In this document: piece by piece, positions 36,424 through 50,335 of the stretch
Numbering within the stretch: the first letter of the stretch is position 1
How the letters are laid out: each line of letters starts with the position of its first letter
Source of the DNA: Sminthopsis crassicaudata
Lineage: Eukaryota
DNA length: 64,000 nt
Reading direction: 5' to 3'
Assembly: GCF_048593235.1 (NCBI RefSeq)
Contig: NC_133619.1
Span: forward strand, 604,664,558-604,728,557
The notes under the pieces: model-generated
Seen by the model: only the letters and a program-made list of their open reading frames with translations
Told to the model about the DNA's origin: nothing
Databases searched by the model: none
Made by a program: the position numbers and the translations under genes

Positions 36424-37173
36424 TTTTTATGTTAAATCTAATATATGTATATATATATTTATACAATTATCATACTGCACAAGAAAAAATAGATTAAAAA
36501 AAAAAAAGCAAACAACAAAAAGAGTGAAAATGCTATGTTGTGATCCATATTCAATTCCCACCGTCCTCTCTGGGTGCAGATGGCTTTCTCCAACACAAGG
36601 TCATTAGAACTGGCCTGAATCATCTCACTGTTGAAAAGAGCCTTATCCATCAGAATTGATCATTGTATAATCTTGTTGCCATGTACAATGATCTCCTGGT
36701 TCTGTTCATTTCACTTAGCATCAGTTCATATAAATCTCTCCAAGCCTCTCTGTATTCATCCTGCTGATTGTTTCTTACAGAAAAATTATATTCCATAATA
36801 TTAATATACTACAATTTATTCAGCCATTCTCCAATCGATGGGCATCCACTCAGTTTGCCACTACAAAAATGGCTGCCACAAACATTTTTGCACATGTGGG
36901 TCCCTTTCCCTCCTTTAAGATCTATTTGGGATATAAACCCAGTAGAAGCACTGCTAGATCAAAGGATATGCTTTTTTTTTTTTTTTTTTTTTATAGTTCT
37001 TTGGGTATAGTTCCAAATTGCTCTCCAGAATGGTTGAATCAGTTCACAACTCCACCAATAATGTATTAGTGTCCCAGTTTTCCCACATCCCTTCCAATAT
37101 TCATCATTATCTTTTCCTGTCATCTTAGACAATCTGAGAGGTATGTAGTGGTATTCCAGAGTTGTCTTAATTT
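36424..37173 (-). mobile_element. 5'-truncated L1 with perfect 14-bp TSD CATGCTTACCTTCT
   Basis: TSD at 36410-36423 and 37174-37187; L1 3' text on the minus strand. Confidence 0.85.
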
Positions 37174-38314
37174 CATGCTTACCTTCTCAAAAGAAGAGAG
37201 AAAAGAGAATGAGAGAATTTGGAACTCAAAATTTAAAAAACAAATGTTAAAATTTTTTGTTTACATGTAAATTGAGAAGATAAAATAAAATGATAAAAAA
37301 TACTTATTTACATATGAAGAATCTGAGAGCTAAAGTGCTTCAGTGATTCTCCAAGTATAGGTGATAAGTAGAAGGATTAACATTTGAATTTAGGATCATA
37401 GCATTTAAAGCTGGGAGAGAGGCCTTAAAGACCAATTAGTCATTTTACAGATGAGAAAACTGAGGCCCAGAAAAAGCAAGTGTCCAAGATTATATGGTCC
37501 AATGGGCAAGTTTAGATTGGAATCAGGTCCTCTAATTGCAAATCAGATGCTCCGTATTATGCTGCTTCCCACCATTTTGTGATGGAAAGCTTATTTCCAA
37601 TGTGAATGGAGAGAACACAGATTTAGAGGAAGAAGAAAACCAAAAAATCAGCTAGTCCTTTCTTCTCATCTTGTACCTAATGTGTACATCCTCTCCCTCT
37701 TTCTCTTAGTTTCCTATAGAGCTGGAAAGCACAACTGATTCCAGGCAGACCTTCACTGCTATAGCTTCATTCAATTCGAACAGACATGTTTTAAGGATCT
37801 ACTGGGTGGAGGAAAGAGAGCTAACTAAGCCTTTGGGAATTTAAGATGTTTTAAAAAATAAATTTATATTGTTATTTTTTTGTCTTTATATCACTTCTAT
37901 TTCCCACTGTATACCTCCTTCTCTTCCCCTATTACTGGACCATTCCTTATAACAAAGAATGGGAAACAAATAAAACAATTCATCAAAAGGAACCAATGCC
38001 TCCAAAAATTCTAATATTGTCTTCTGCATTCCATACCCAGAATCTCCCATCTCTGCCCAGGAAGGGAGGGGTGAGAAGGAGGTGCTTTCTCACATCTTTT
38101 CTGTGAAAACAAGCTTGGATATTATCATTTCAAATGTTTTGCTATTGCTCTTCTTTTCATTTATATTGTTGTAGTCCTTATGTACATAGTTTTCCTAGTT
38201 CTACAGACCAGCAAAGTTCTTTTAATGACCCCAGCCAAGCTCCTCTTTGAAATCACTGTTCATCACAGACAATTCTCAGATGATGAAATTGAAACTATAT
38301 CCACTCATATGAGT

Positions 38315-39105
38315 GTTCCAAATCATTACTGATCAGAGAAATGCAAATTAAGACAACTCTGAGATACCACTATACACCTGTCAGATTGGCTAAGATGACA
38401 GGAACAAATAATGATGAATGTTGGAGGGGATGTGGGAAAACTGGGACACTGATACATTGTTGGTGGAGTTGTGAAAGAATCCAGCCATTCTGAAGAGCAA
38501 TTTGGAACTCTGCCCCAAAAGTTATCAAACTGTGCATACCCTTTGATCCAGCATTGCTGCTATTGGGCTTATATCCCAAAGAAATACTGAGGAGGGGAAA
38601 GGGACCTGTATGTGCCAAAATGTTTGTGGCAGCTCTTTTTGTTGTAGCTAGAAACTGGAAGTTGAATGGATGCCCATCAATTGGAGAATGGTTGGGTAAA
38701 TTATGGTATATGAAGGTTATGGAATACTATTGCTCTGTAAGAAATGACCAGCAGGAGGAATACAGAGAGGCTTGGAGAGACTTATATCAACTGATGCTGA
38801 GTGAAATGAATAGAACCAGAAGATCGCTGTACAATTCAATGCTGTATGAAGAGGTATTCTGATGGAAGTGGATATCTTCAACACACTCCAGTTGATCCAA
38901 CTCACTTCCAGTTGATCAATGATGGACAGAAATAACTACACCCAGAGAAGGAACACTGGGAATTGAATGTAAACTGTTAGCACTACTGTCTATCAACCCA
39001 GGTTACTTATACCTTCAGAATCTAATACTTAATGTGCAAAAGAAAATGGTATTTACACACATATATATTGTATCTAGGTTTTATTGTAACACATGAAATA
39101 ACTGT
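38315..39105 (+). mobile_element. Younger L1 3' fragment
   Basis: ORF-track 38554-38862 gives the L1 ORF2 C-terminus (LLLGLYPKEI...ARNWKLNGCPSIGEWLGKLWY); same subfamily as 60875-61471. Confidence 0.9.
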
Positions 39106-41066
39106 TCATCTTTTTAACATCAAAGTTAAATCAGGGCTGGTGGATGGCTAATTCTAAGTGAAGACAGTCTCAAAACTAACCCAAAGGACAGGGGAGTGGG
39201 CACTCCATAATAAAACAGAGACTCAAAAAAATGGCAGCAGATAGAATGACATCAAAGAAATGCCCCCTCAAAAAAAAAGAATATGGACTAATTACAAATC
39301 AAGATGGGGGGATGATAAATGGATAGCTCCAAAGCCCACTGATGATCCTCTCTAAATGTCAAGGGAGGTTTAGTATGCTGAGAGGATGCTCTGTGACTCA
39401 TTTTTGGGGGGACATAGTGAGGGTTATATGGACTGAGTAAACAAGAGTGAATTGTAGAAGTAGCAACAGTTGTTTAATTGTTTTCATTACTCTTTGTGAT
39501 CCTTTTTGAGGTTTTCTTGGCAGACACTAGTATGGTTTGCCATTTCTTCCTTCAACACATTTTACAGATAAGGAAACAGAGGCAAATGAGCTTGAATGAC
39601 TTGTCCAGGGTACAGAGCTAGTAAGTGCCTAACATTTATAGAATGCTTTATGAATGCTATCCCTCAAAAACAATCCTCTGAGGTTCTAATTCCTATTTTA
39701 TAGAGGCTGATGGTTTAAGTGGCTTTGGTCAGAATTACATAGCTAGTAAGAATCTGAGGGAGGAGAAAGGGAGGGAATAAGAATTTATATATATATTGTG
39801 GCAGGTACAATGCCAAATGTGTGTGGGGTTTTCCCCTTTGATCTTCACAGCAATTCTGGAAAGTAGGTGCTATTATAACCTCTATGTTACAGCTAAATAC
39901 ACTGAAGCAAATAGATTACATGACTAGCTCTGGGAAATGGAGGGTCTGAGGTTAGTTTTGAATTCAGATCTTCCTCACTCCAAGCATATCATTCTAGACC
40001 CTAACTATCTCTAAAGCAGGGATTTTGAAATCTGGAGTTCATGGATAGATTTGGGGAAGGTCCATGATTTTTTTTTCATATTTTTGCAACTATTTCAATA
40101 TAATCAGTTTCTTTTGTAAATGCCATGTTTTATACTTAATTATGCATATTTTGCATTTAAAAACATTATTCTGAGAAGGGGTTCATATAACAAAAATGTT
40201 AACAACCCTTGCTCTAGTGTGAAAACAGCCTGGATAGTCAGGAGTATCTGGGTTCCTGCCTCTGCTGAAAACCAGCTGTTTCACTCTGGGCAAGTCCCTT
40301 CACCTCTCTTTTTCTCAGGCAGTTTTCTAAGACTATTTTGTGTACTTGTACTGATCTCATTGGCAGAGGGAGTTTTCTTACTGGGAGTTCTTTATGCCAA
40401 GGAAATCAGAGATCCAGACAATAAAAACATTTTTTTTAAAAGTAAGGAATGGTGCCAGATTCTAGGGATCTAAAGACAAAAACAGCCTTCAGGGAGTTTA
40501 CATTTCAACATGGGTTAGGTCAGTCAACAAACATTTATTAAGGACTCTCAGTGTGCTCAGGCACTATGCTAAATGCTAAATAAAAAGACAGGCAAAAACA
40601 AAACCATCTCAAGTCCCTTCCATCACATTCAGAGAGACAGTTTGTCTGGAATCTTGAATGAATGCAAAGCAGCCTTAGATTAGTAGTATAGTATGTTTGT
40701 GTGGCTTTTTCTGGCCTGGAGTCTCTGGTACAATAAATGCTATTCAGGGAAGACTGCTGGAGGCTTCCCAGTCAGAGCCATCTGATGGCCAATGAGCCTG
40801 GTTTTAAATGGGTTCCTGAGCATAAAGATGGATAGGTAGGTGTTAGGGGTGTTTGGTGATTCTGAAGCAAGTACTAATTCCCTCTGCCTTTACTTTTCCT
40901 TTTACTCTGACCCTCTCCCCTGAAAATATCTGAAATGGCAGCAGCTGTTTTTCTTTTGACACCTCCTCACTCAGTGGGAATATGAGAATTCTAATCCTTC
41001 TCCTTCTCCCCCACTAGAGAAATCATTTAGATAGAAAGACTTTACCAGCTTTAAGAATCTGGTACT

Positions 41067-41212
41067 GGGGCAGCTAGGTGGCACAGTGGAAAGAGCACCA
41101 GCCTTGAATTCAGAAGGACCTGAGTTCAAATCTAATCTCAGACACTTAACACTTCCTAGCTGTGTGACCCTGGGCAAGTCACTTAACCCCAGCCTCAGGG
41201 AAAAAAAAAAAA
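41067..41212 (+). mobile_element. Young short SINE (WSINE1-like) with 13-bp TSD AAGAATCTGGTAC
   Basis: tRNA-like head, CORE, A-tail; TSD at 41053-41065 and 41213-41225. Confidence 0.9.
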
Positions 41213-41384
41213 AAGAATCTGGTACCAGCAGAGGCCCTCTGGTCACTCCAACATCCCAATCATCCTGCCTAGCCAAAGAGGGCTTTGTGACATCAAGCAG
41301 GTAATTTACTCTCTTCAGCACTCAATTTCTTCCTTGTAAGTACCAAACTCACATGAAAAGATTGGACTAAATGATTTCTAAAAA

Positions 41385-41540
41385 GTTTTTCAACTCTGAT
41401 ATTCTAAGGTCCTCCCAGCCCCAACATTCTTTGTTGTAAGACTCCTTCTACCCTTGACATTTGATATTCTGAGTCCCCTTCCAGTTTAACATTCCATGTT
41501 CTAAGATATCTTACAGCCCCTCCATTCTATTTTCTAAAAG
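41385..41540. repeat. Degenerate array of the same SINE-tail motif
   Basis: Repeated attctaagg...cccttccag...acattc after a MIR-like body. Confidence 0.6.
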
Positions 41541-42483
41541 TCTGTCTTTTAGACTAGTGGTATCAGATTCAAATAGAAGTAGGGGTTACTAAACCATACA
41601 TAAATATTCTTGTGAGCTAGATGTTGAGCAAGATTTTAAATGTTTTATTGTATTTTCATTTATTTTATTAAGTAATTCCCTGTAACATTTTAATCTAGTT
41701 CCAGCATCACTCAAGAGATTTGTAGGTCACCTCTGAGTCCTCACTCTATGATTCTAAAGAGTACCTAGTTGTAAAACATGACAGATATGGAAATATGTTT
41801 AAAAGAATTGTACATATTTAACTGATATCATATTACTTGCTATTTGGGGGAGAGGGAGTTAAGAGAGGTAGAGAAAACAATTTGGAACACAAAGTCTTAC
41901 ATAACTATCTTTACATGTATTTGAAAAAATAAAATACTACTGAAAAGAAAAAAAAAGTACCTAGAAACTGCCCCCTCATTTTCTAGAAAAGGCATAAAGC
42001 AGGAGATAAGGTTTTAGTCTGTAAATGATTCCTTATTCAACCTTCTCTGAACCTCAGTTCTTCATCAGTAGAATAGTCATGATTTACTATTATGTCCTGT
42101 TTCTCTATCAGGATCAAATGAGAGAATGGTTAGTTGGGAAAGTACTTTAAAAAGGAGAAGCCCTTCTCACAGGTACATGTTTTCATTAATGGCAATTCAC
42201 AGAGAATATTCCAGGAGCAAAATGAAATGCAAAGCCCACAGAAACAAAGTATGAGAAAGGATTTTGAACAGGAAATATCAGAACTGGAAGGCTTTATACA
42301 GAATGGAATCCCAGAACTGAGAGTAGAAGGGGTCTCAGAGGTCATTTAGTTCAATCCCTTTCCTTTTTCAGATGAGGAAACTGAGGTCCAGTAATGCTAA
42401 AGGACTTGTCTAAGATCCCACATATAAGTATAAAAAGTGGTATTTGAACCCAGGTTCTCTGGCTTCAGAACCACTTTCTTTAG

Positions 42484-43055
42484 CTTTTGTTGTAGTGGCA
42501 AGGAATTGGAAATTAAGTGGATGCCCATCAGTTAGGGAATAGTTGGATAAGTTATAGTATATGAATATAATGGAATAATATTTTCTATTAAAATGATGAG
42601 AAAAAAAGCCTAGAAAGACTTCCATGAATTGATGATAAATGAAAAGAACCAAGAGAACATTGTACATAATAATAGCAGGATTATGTGATGATCAGTTTTA
42701 ATAGACTTAGCTCTTCTCAGTAATGTCATGATTTAATCCCAATAGATTTGGGATGGAAAATACCATCTACATCCAGAAAGAGAACTATGGGGACTGAATG
42801 TAGATTGAAGCATAATATTTTCACTTTTTTTTTTATTTGTTTTTGCTTTTTCTTTCTCGTGGTTTTCTCCTTTTTGGTCTGATTTTTCTTATACAATATG
42901 ACAAACACAGGAATATGTTTAAAAGGATTGTACATGTTTAATTTATTGTTGTTTTGGGGAGGAGAAAAAAATTGGAACACAAAATCTTATAAAAATGAAT
43001 GCTAAAAATTATCTTTAAGTGTATTTTGAAAAATAAAATGCTATTGGGGGGGGGG
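42484..43055 (+). mobile_element. L1 3' fragment inserted in a MIR-like SINE
   Basis: L1 ORF2-end/3'UTR text; agaaccact on both sides as a likely TSD. Confidence 0.75.
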
Positions 43056-44397
43056 AAGAACCACTGATTTTTCTTCTAAACCATATTGTTAGAGCTAGGA
43101 GCCCTGATATCTTTGGGATTATTTGGATTCAGTCTACTGAATTTGGGTTTAAATCCTAAGCAAATTTACTCATCTTCTCTAGCCTTAGAAATTTCCTCAT
43201 TCATAAAATGAGCAGGCTAGAACCACATGTTTTCTAAGGTTTCTTCCAGCCCTATATCCTATCTATAACCGTAAAAATCTATTGAACACTCATTATATAT
43301 TTGTTAGTGGCCAAACATTCAGTTTTCCTTGTTTCAATCTCACAACTGGAAAAGGGCTATGAAAGGTCGTTTTGCTAGACCTTCCTCTCTTGCCCAATGC
43401 TCCTTTTAAGGACCTATCTACCTCCATAGGAAAATCCAGGCCAATTTGAGAAACAATATGGGATCTGGTGGTAAAAGGGTTAAGCTTGAAGTGGCTGGAG
43501 AGGCTGGGTTGGGTCCAGCTGGGACATTGTCTAAGGCAGGAAACCTCTCTCCCTTTGGGGGCTGGGGGGAGCAGCAGGAGGCTGCTGTTGTGTCTGACAA
43601 GAGCCCTGCCTGGTTTGTCTGCAAGTATTAGCTGGGGTGAATGAGCTCTTTACCCCCCACTATGAATCCATGTAACCTCACCCCAAGGCTTCCAAGCTCA
43701 CGGGGGTGGGGGGGAGGGGGGAGGATGGCATTGTCAAAGGAAGAGAGTATAAGGCTTCTGTCCTTGGAAGGTCTCCCCTTTGGTTAGGAGAGGACTCAGT
43801 CCATAATCTTAAGGAGAGGGTTATCTGATGGGGGAGTTAGGATACCTACTTTAAGGAGCTCCCTGTTAGGGAGGAAGAGACACTTTCTCCCTCTAAGAGC
43901 TCCTTATCAGATGGGACAGGACACACACAGGAGCAGTGACAAGGATAGAGCTGGAATTGATGGAGACTGAAAGAGCTAGGTGAAGTTAGTCTAGGAATGC
44001 TCCCCGGAAAAAGAGACAAGGATCATGTGAACAGCTCTGAGAGGGCAAAACACCAGGGGTGACAGAGTACATCTCCACATCTTAACACTGGCCCTTTGCA
44101 CTGGTACATCCCATGCTTAGAAAGCTTTTCCTCTTTACCATGGCCTATTAAAATCCCTGGCTTCCTCAAGTTTCTGAGTGATTTTTCCTAGTATTAAACT
44201 CTCTGAGTCTGTATCTGCAAGTAATCTCTTCAGGTTACTTTGTATCCCCATAGTTTCTTTGTATCTATTTATCATTTCTCCTTAGATCCGCAACTGTTTC
44301 TCCCTTTTCTTTGTATCCTCCCTCTGCTTGGCCCTGGGTCCTGCCCACAGTAAGAATTTAATTTTTTTACCTTAATGACCATCTAGCTCTGGGATTC

Positions 44398-45160
44398 TTT
44401 TTTTTTAATAATAGTTTTTATTTACCAGATATATGCATGGGTAATTTTACAACATTGACAATTGCCAAACCATTTGTTCCAATTTTTCCCCTCCTTCCCC
44501 CCACTCCTAGATGGCAGGTCGACCAATACATGTTAAATATGTTAGAGTATAAATTAAATACAATATATGTTTACATGTCCAAACAGTTGTTTTGCTGAAC
44601 AAAAAGAATCAGACTTTGAAATAGCGTACAACAGCCTGTGAAGGAAATCCAAAATGCAGGCGGACAAAAATAGAGGGATTGGGAATTCTAAGTAGTGGCT
44701 CATAGTCATCTCCCAGAGTTCTTTCGCTGAGTGTGGTTGGTTCAGTTCATTTCTGCTCTATTGGAACTGATTTGGTTTATCTCATTGTTGAAGAGGGCCA
44801 CGTCCATCAGAATTGATCATCATATAGAATTGTTGTTGAAGTACATAACGATCTCCTGGTCCTGCTCATTTCACTCAGCATCAGTTCATTTAAGTCTCTC
44901 CAGGCCTTTCTGAAATCATCCTGTTGGTCATTTCTTACAGAACAATAATATTCCATAATATTCATATACCACAATTTATTCAGCCAATCTCCAATTGATG
45001 GGCATCCACATAGTTTCCAGTTTCTGGCCACCACAAAGAGGGCTGCCACAAATATTCTTGCACATACAGGTCCCTTTCCCTTCTTTAAGATCTCTTTGGG
45101 ATATAAGTCCAGTAGTAACACTGCTGCATCAAAGAGTATGCACAATTTGATAACTTTTTG
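44398..45160 (-). mobile_element. 5'-truncated L1 with about 15-bp TSD TAGCTCTGGGAT(T/C)CT
   Basis: T-rich tail at the left; ORF-track 44807-45145 is L1 ORF2 C-terminus; TSD near 44383 and 45161. Confidence 0.88.
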
Positions 45161-46164
45161 TAGCTCTGGGATCCTTAACCTGTTTTGGGTCTTGGTCTCC
45201 TCTGGCAGTGTCTTGAGAAGCCTGGGGAATCCTTCTTAGAATCACGTTTTGTTTTGTTTTTTAATACATCAATAGAACACCAGGAATAAAAGGAAACTAA
45301 TTACATTGAAATACAGTTTTGAACTGTTCAGTCCTACACACATATATTGTATCTAGGATATACTATAACATATTTAACATGTATAAGACTTCCATCTAGG
45401 GGAGGGAGGGAAGGGAAAAGTCGGAACAGAAGTGAGTGCAAGAGAAAATGTAAAAAATTACCCAAGCATATGTTCTGTCAATAAAAAGTTTTTTTTATTA
45501 AATTTTTATTAAAATTAAAATTTTTAAAATGTATTTTAAAAAGAGAAAGAAATAGTTCTGAGAGTATCTTTAAAATCAAGCTCACCCAGCCCAGATTAAA
45601 GACACCTGGTCTGGCCCAGCTCCTCATGGGTTCTCTAAGGATTCTGCAGCCCAGATAAATTGGGAGTCCCTCAGGATCGTAGCCCCTGGATTCTTATCCA
45701 GAACTTCTGACTGACCACAGATCACTTTCCCCCTCAGGTAACTGAGGTGCCCGGGGGCTAGGACTTCTCCAATTTCTGCTCCCTCTTTCCCTTCCTCCCC
45801 CACTTTCCCTGAACCGGATGTTCTCTCTTCCTGGCCTTAGGTCCCCTGAGAGCTCCCAGAAGAGACTTCTTCCTGCAGCAGTTACTGGAGCCTCGCCCAC
45901 AGGGCAGTCAGGATGGGGAGGGTGAAGAGGGGGTGCTAGGTCTGAGCCTGAGACACATTTCCTTCCTCTGCCCAAGCCTCATTCTCGGATCACCTCTAGG
46001 GTTCGGGAAAGGGCCTGACTCATGATGGCTCCTTGGGGGTGAGGAGGGGAGAGCAGAGCGGACTATGGGAGCTTGCACTCCCATGAGATTCAAAGCTAAG
46101 GAGATGGAAAATGGGAGAGCAGGTGAAGAGATCCCAGCAGGGTTTGGGCCGAAGTGAGTCACAC

Positions 46165-47125
46165 TAATGAACATTCATTAAGCAGTTACTATTCACGTGT
46201 TTATACTGTACTTAGCACTAGAGATATTAAAAAATAAAAAAAAAAAAATAAAAAAAACCCACCACCAACAAGAGAATAACACAGTCCCTGCCCTGAAAGA
46301 GCTCACATTCTAATGAGAGAGACAGCATGCAAGTAACTATGGTCTTATAAGCCATCTCTGGCGGAGAAAGAAAGTATTAGCAGTTGGGAGAATGGACAAT
46401 GCCTCCCTTGAGAGTGGGAATAGAGGGGGAAAGAGCCTTCCAGGTGTGGGAGACAGATGGCCAAAGCAAAGCAATGACTTTATGGGATGATTGGCTCTGG
46501 AACTTTAAGAAAGCTACTGTTTGTGAATCATATACACAGAGAATACTTGAAAAGATTGGTAAAGTAGGAAGGGAGAAATGTTATAAAAGGCCAAACAAAG
46601 GTGTTTTATTTGTCTGGAGGTAATTGGGAGCCATTGTAAGGGGAGAGAAGGAGGCCTATTGTGAAAGTAGACATGGTAAGACTTGAGAAGAGAGTGGCCT
46701 GGAGGTGAATGAGAGTGGAAAATCGATGATGACATGGAGATTTGAAGCCAAGGTGACTGAGAGCATGGGAATGCCCCTAACAGTCAAATGAAAAGTGGGA
46801 AGAAAAGAAGTTTTGGGGTAAAAGATAATAAATTCCTCTTTGGACCTATTGAGTTTGACATCAAATTCAAGATATTCAAGAGGCAACAGGAAGAAAGTTT
46901 TAGACAAGGGGATCATTTGAATAAAAATTAATTGAACCTCTAAGAGTCAAAGAGATCACCTAGTGAGAAAGTAGAGGGAAAAGAGGATCTAGGACAGAGA
47001 CCTGGGGGATACCAGCCTTTATGACTAGCAGGCGTGATCTGAGTGATGGATGAATCAGCAAAGGAGACTGAAAAGGATCAGTTAGATAAGTATGGGCAGA
47101 ACCAGGGGACATCAAGGTCATAAAA
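46165..47125 (-). mobile_element. Old L2 remnant
   Basis: Typical L2 antisense text (acagtccctgccctgaaagagctcacattctaat, gggagccattg). Confidence 0.7.
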
Positions 47126-50100
47126 ATCTCTTAGAGAGGAGAGTCTCTCTAGTTACTAGGTACAGATGTTGCCAGTTATAGATCAGTCAATCAACAAACA
47201 TGCCCTAAGGATCCCCAGTGTGTCTAGTACTTTGTAGGGCAGCCCTAAGGATGTAATCTAAGATATGACTTGAAATGACAGAGGTGGGAGGGGAGGGCAG
47301 ATAGATACTGGGATTAGGAGTTTTATTTCTGCTACTTTCTAGTTCTATGACTTCTTATAAATCATGGAACTATCTGAGCCCTGGGTTTCTTCAACTGTAA
47401 CATGAGGCACTTGTGCTACCTACCTCATCAGGGCATTATGAATAAAGGCCAATAGAATGAGAGGTAAGACAGATTTCATAAAAACATTTATTAAATGCAA
47501 AAACATTATCCTCAGGGCTGGAACAAGCACAAGACTGAGTCAAGAATAACCTCCCTGTCCTCATGTGGCATCTAGTCAAATAGAGGGATAAGACACCCAA
47601 ACAAAACATTGTGATGCAAACTTATCTATGCCCGTACTTTGTGGAGGCAAAGGTGAGGAAGGTCACTATAGCCAGAAGGAATCAGTAAAGACTTCCTGAA
47701 GGAAGCAGGCATGAGTTGATGAATGGACATGAATTGGACTTTAAAGGGAGGTTCGGATGTCAACAGGAGATGGGGGAAGGGCATTTCAGGCATCCGGTAC
47801 ACTGTGATCAAAGGCACAGTGATGGGACAATGCATATATGCAATAGGAGAATGGCCTATTTGGTATGGAACCTGGAGTATTTATTGAGAACTAAAACAAA
47901 ATAAGATAGAGCTAAATTTGCAGAGGGCTTTGAATGCCAGGATTAGATCTTCATTAGGCAGATTTGGAAGTTATTGTAAAATTTGGAGCATTAGTATATA
48001 GAAAAATGGGCTTGAATGGCCTGGATTTGAGTCTTCCTTCAAACACATCCTTGCTGTGTGATCCTGGGCAGATCACTGAATCCTTTAGTTTTCTAGACAA
48101 CTCTCTTAAGACCATAAGTTTCAGAAATGGTAGTAACATGTGTTGGTAGGGGGAGTTTCCTTGCCTGGAGGTTCTCTATGCTGATAAATCTCAAGTTTGG
48201 TCCCTGGACTCAAGTATGGCAACTTGAACATGATAAATTAAAGTGGAAAAAGCCCAGAGATGGAAATGTAGGAACGGATATGTGGACCAAATGCTCTCTA
48301 AATCCCATGACCCCTATGACCCTATAACCAGATGAAAAGAAAATTAACAATGCAGGTCTGTGTGAGCTAAATACTCAATGAGTGAAATAGAAAGTGCTTT
48401 CTGACATCTGTCCATTCCAAGACTCCTTCAATCTCTGCTCACCATCTTTCTATGGCTTTTCCTCCCTTCTTATACCCTTATTGTCCAGCTCCATTTGTAG
48501 ACATATAATATCCCATTTGGTCTTCAAGACAATCCTGTGAGGCAAGGGTTTTTTTGCAGATGGGAATGAAGTTAAGTGGCTTGCCCCTGGTCACACAATA
48601 AGTATTGATAGGAAGCAGGATTCAAACACAGGTTCTTCCTGTGGAGAAAGGAGGAGAGCACTTCCTCTGTTATTATTGTTACTGCGTCTGCCTTTTCATG
48701 ATTCCCATTTGGGATTTTCCTGGAGAGGTACTGAAGTAGTTTACTGTTTCTTTCTCTGGCTCAAGATGACTTGCTCAGGTCTGACAGTAAGTATTTGAGG
48801 CTGGATCTGAATTTAGGAAGATGAGTCTTCCTGACTCTAGGTCCAGCACTCTATCCACTGTACCACCTAGCTACCCCTTTCTCTCTGCTATCTATTCTCT
48901 GAGTCCAAACACTGTCAGAAGTATGTCTACATTATCTAGTCTCTTCTCAAAGATCTCTAGTGTCAGGGAACTCCTTATCTCTCAAAAGGATCCATTTCAC
49001 TTTGAGACATCTCTAACAATCAAAAAATATTTCTTTAATGTCAAACTTTAATGTCAAAATCTGCTCCCTTTACCTTCCATCCTATTCTGTGCTCTGGAGG
49101 CAAAACAAAACCTAATTCTAATCTATATGACCACCCTTCAGATATTTGAAGATAATGATCATATTCCATTTACATCTTCTCTTTGCCAGGTTATCCATCC
49201 CCAATTCCTTCAATACTCAATTCCTCAGTACTCTGAGCTTCCTTCAATAATCCCTTGTATGATGTGGTTTTCAATCCCTTCACTGTACTGGCTGCCCTTC
49301 TTTGGAGAGGATCTTGCTTATCAACATCCCTTCCAATGCCCAGTACCAGACACAAGATTTCCCTCAAAGAACTTAGAATCCCAAAAAGACAACTGTAATG
49401 ATCCCTGACTCTGGGATCACAAACCAAGTACATATTTGTTATATAAGCAATTATGGCAAAGTGTCCCCATTGGGTGAGGAGGGTTGAATATGCCATATGG
49501 ATATATCCTAAGTGAATTGATTATTCTTGCAAACTCCATACTAAGCTCAATTATTTCTACAAAGTACAAGTTCTGTTAGCTCTCTCTCAATATGGATACC
49601 CTGTGAGATGCCCTGCTGTAGTTGGCACCCTTCATCCAGCCTTCTAGCCTAAACATTTTGAAGTATGTTTTCATTCTCATTCACTGTTTCATATCACCCA
49701 CAAATTTGATAAATATTTCATTTATGCATGACAGCTAGATGGCACAATAGATAGAGGACCAACCCTGGAATCAGGAGAACCTGATCTGGCCTCAGATGCT
49801 TAACTCTACTAGCTATGTGGCTCTGGGCAAGTCACAACTCCAATTACCTCTCAAGGAAAAAAAAATTCATTGATGCTCTCATCCAAGTCATTGAGAAAAA
49901 TATTGAATAGAACTGACCCTCAGACAGCATATTTTGGTGCTTTTCTACTAGCTTGGCATATAGCCAACAGGATGTAATGGACAATTCTCTCTCTCTTCCT
50001 CCCCTCTCCTCTCTCCCTCTCTCCCTCTCTCTTTCTCTTTCTGTGGGGTAGCTGTGTTCCTGGGATGGAACTTCAGTACTCTGAGCATTCATCCAATTAG

Positions 50101-50335
50101 CATTTATTAGATATCTCCTATATGTTGGGCACTGTGGTAGGTGCTAAGTATTCAAAGATAAAAAGTGTGAGATAGCCTTTCCCTTTCTCTGCCTCAAAGA
50201 GTTTACATTCTAATAGGGGAAAACAATACTGTAAAGGATCCTGAAAAGGGGAGTAGGGAATTAAACAATTACAAAAGAATGAAACAATCCCCTATTCTCA
50301 AGAAGTTTACTTGCTATCTAGAGAGTTAATATACC

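Larger units (their letters stand above)
34615..37290 (+). mobile_element. Old degenerate L1 (ORF2 3' half plus 3' UTR) containing nested insertions
   Basis: A-rich L1 ORF2-like text (ctcagcaaagt...ggatat, cagtggaatagatt, caatttggaactat); resumes after 37174. Confidence 0.85.

Noticed and set aside
38554-38862. ORFs at 38554, 44807 and 60905 as host genes
   Set aside because: They are L1 ORF2 C-terminal remnants in 5'-truncated elements
41067-41140. tRNA gene-like sequences (also at 50336, 53170, 55415)
   Set aside because: These are tRNA-derived SINE heads followed by CORE, A-tail and TSDs, not complete cloverleafs
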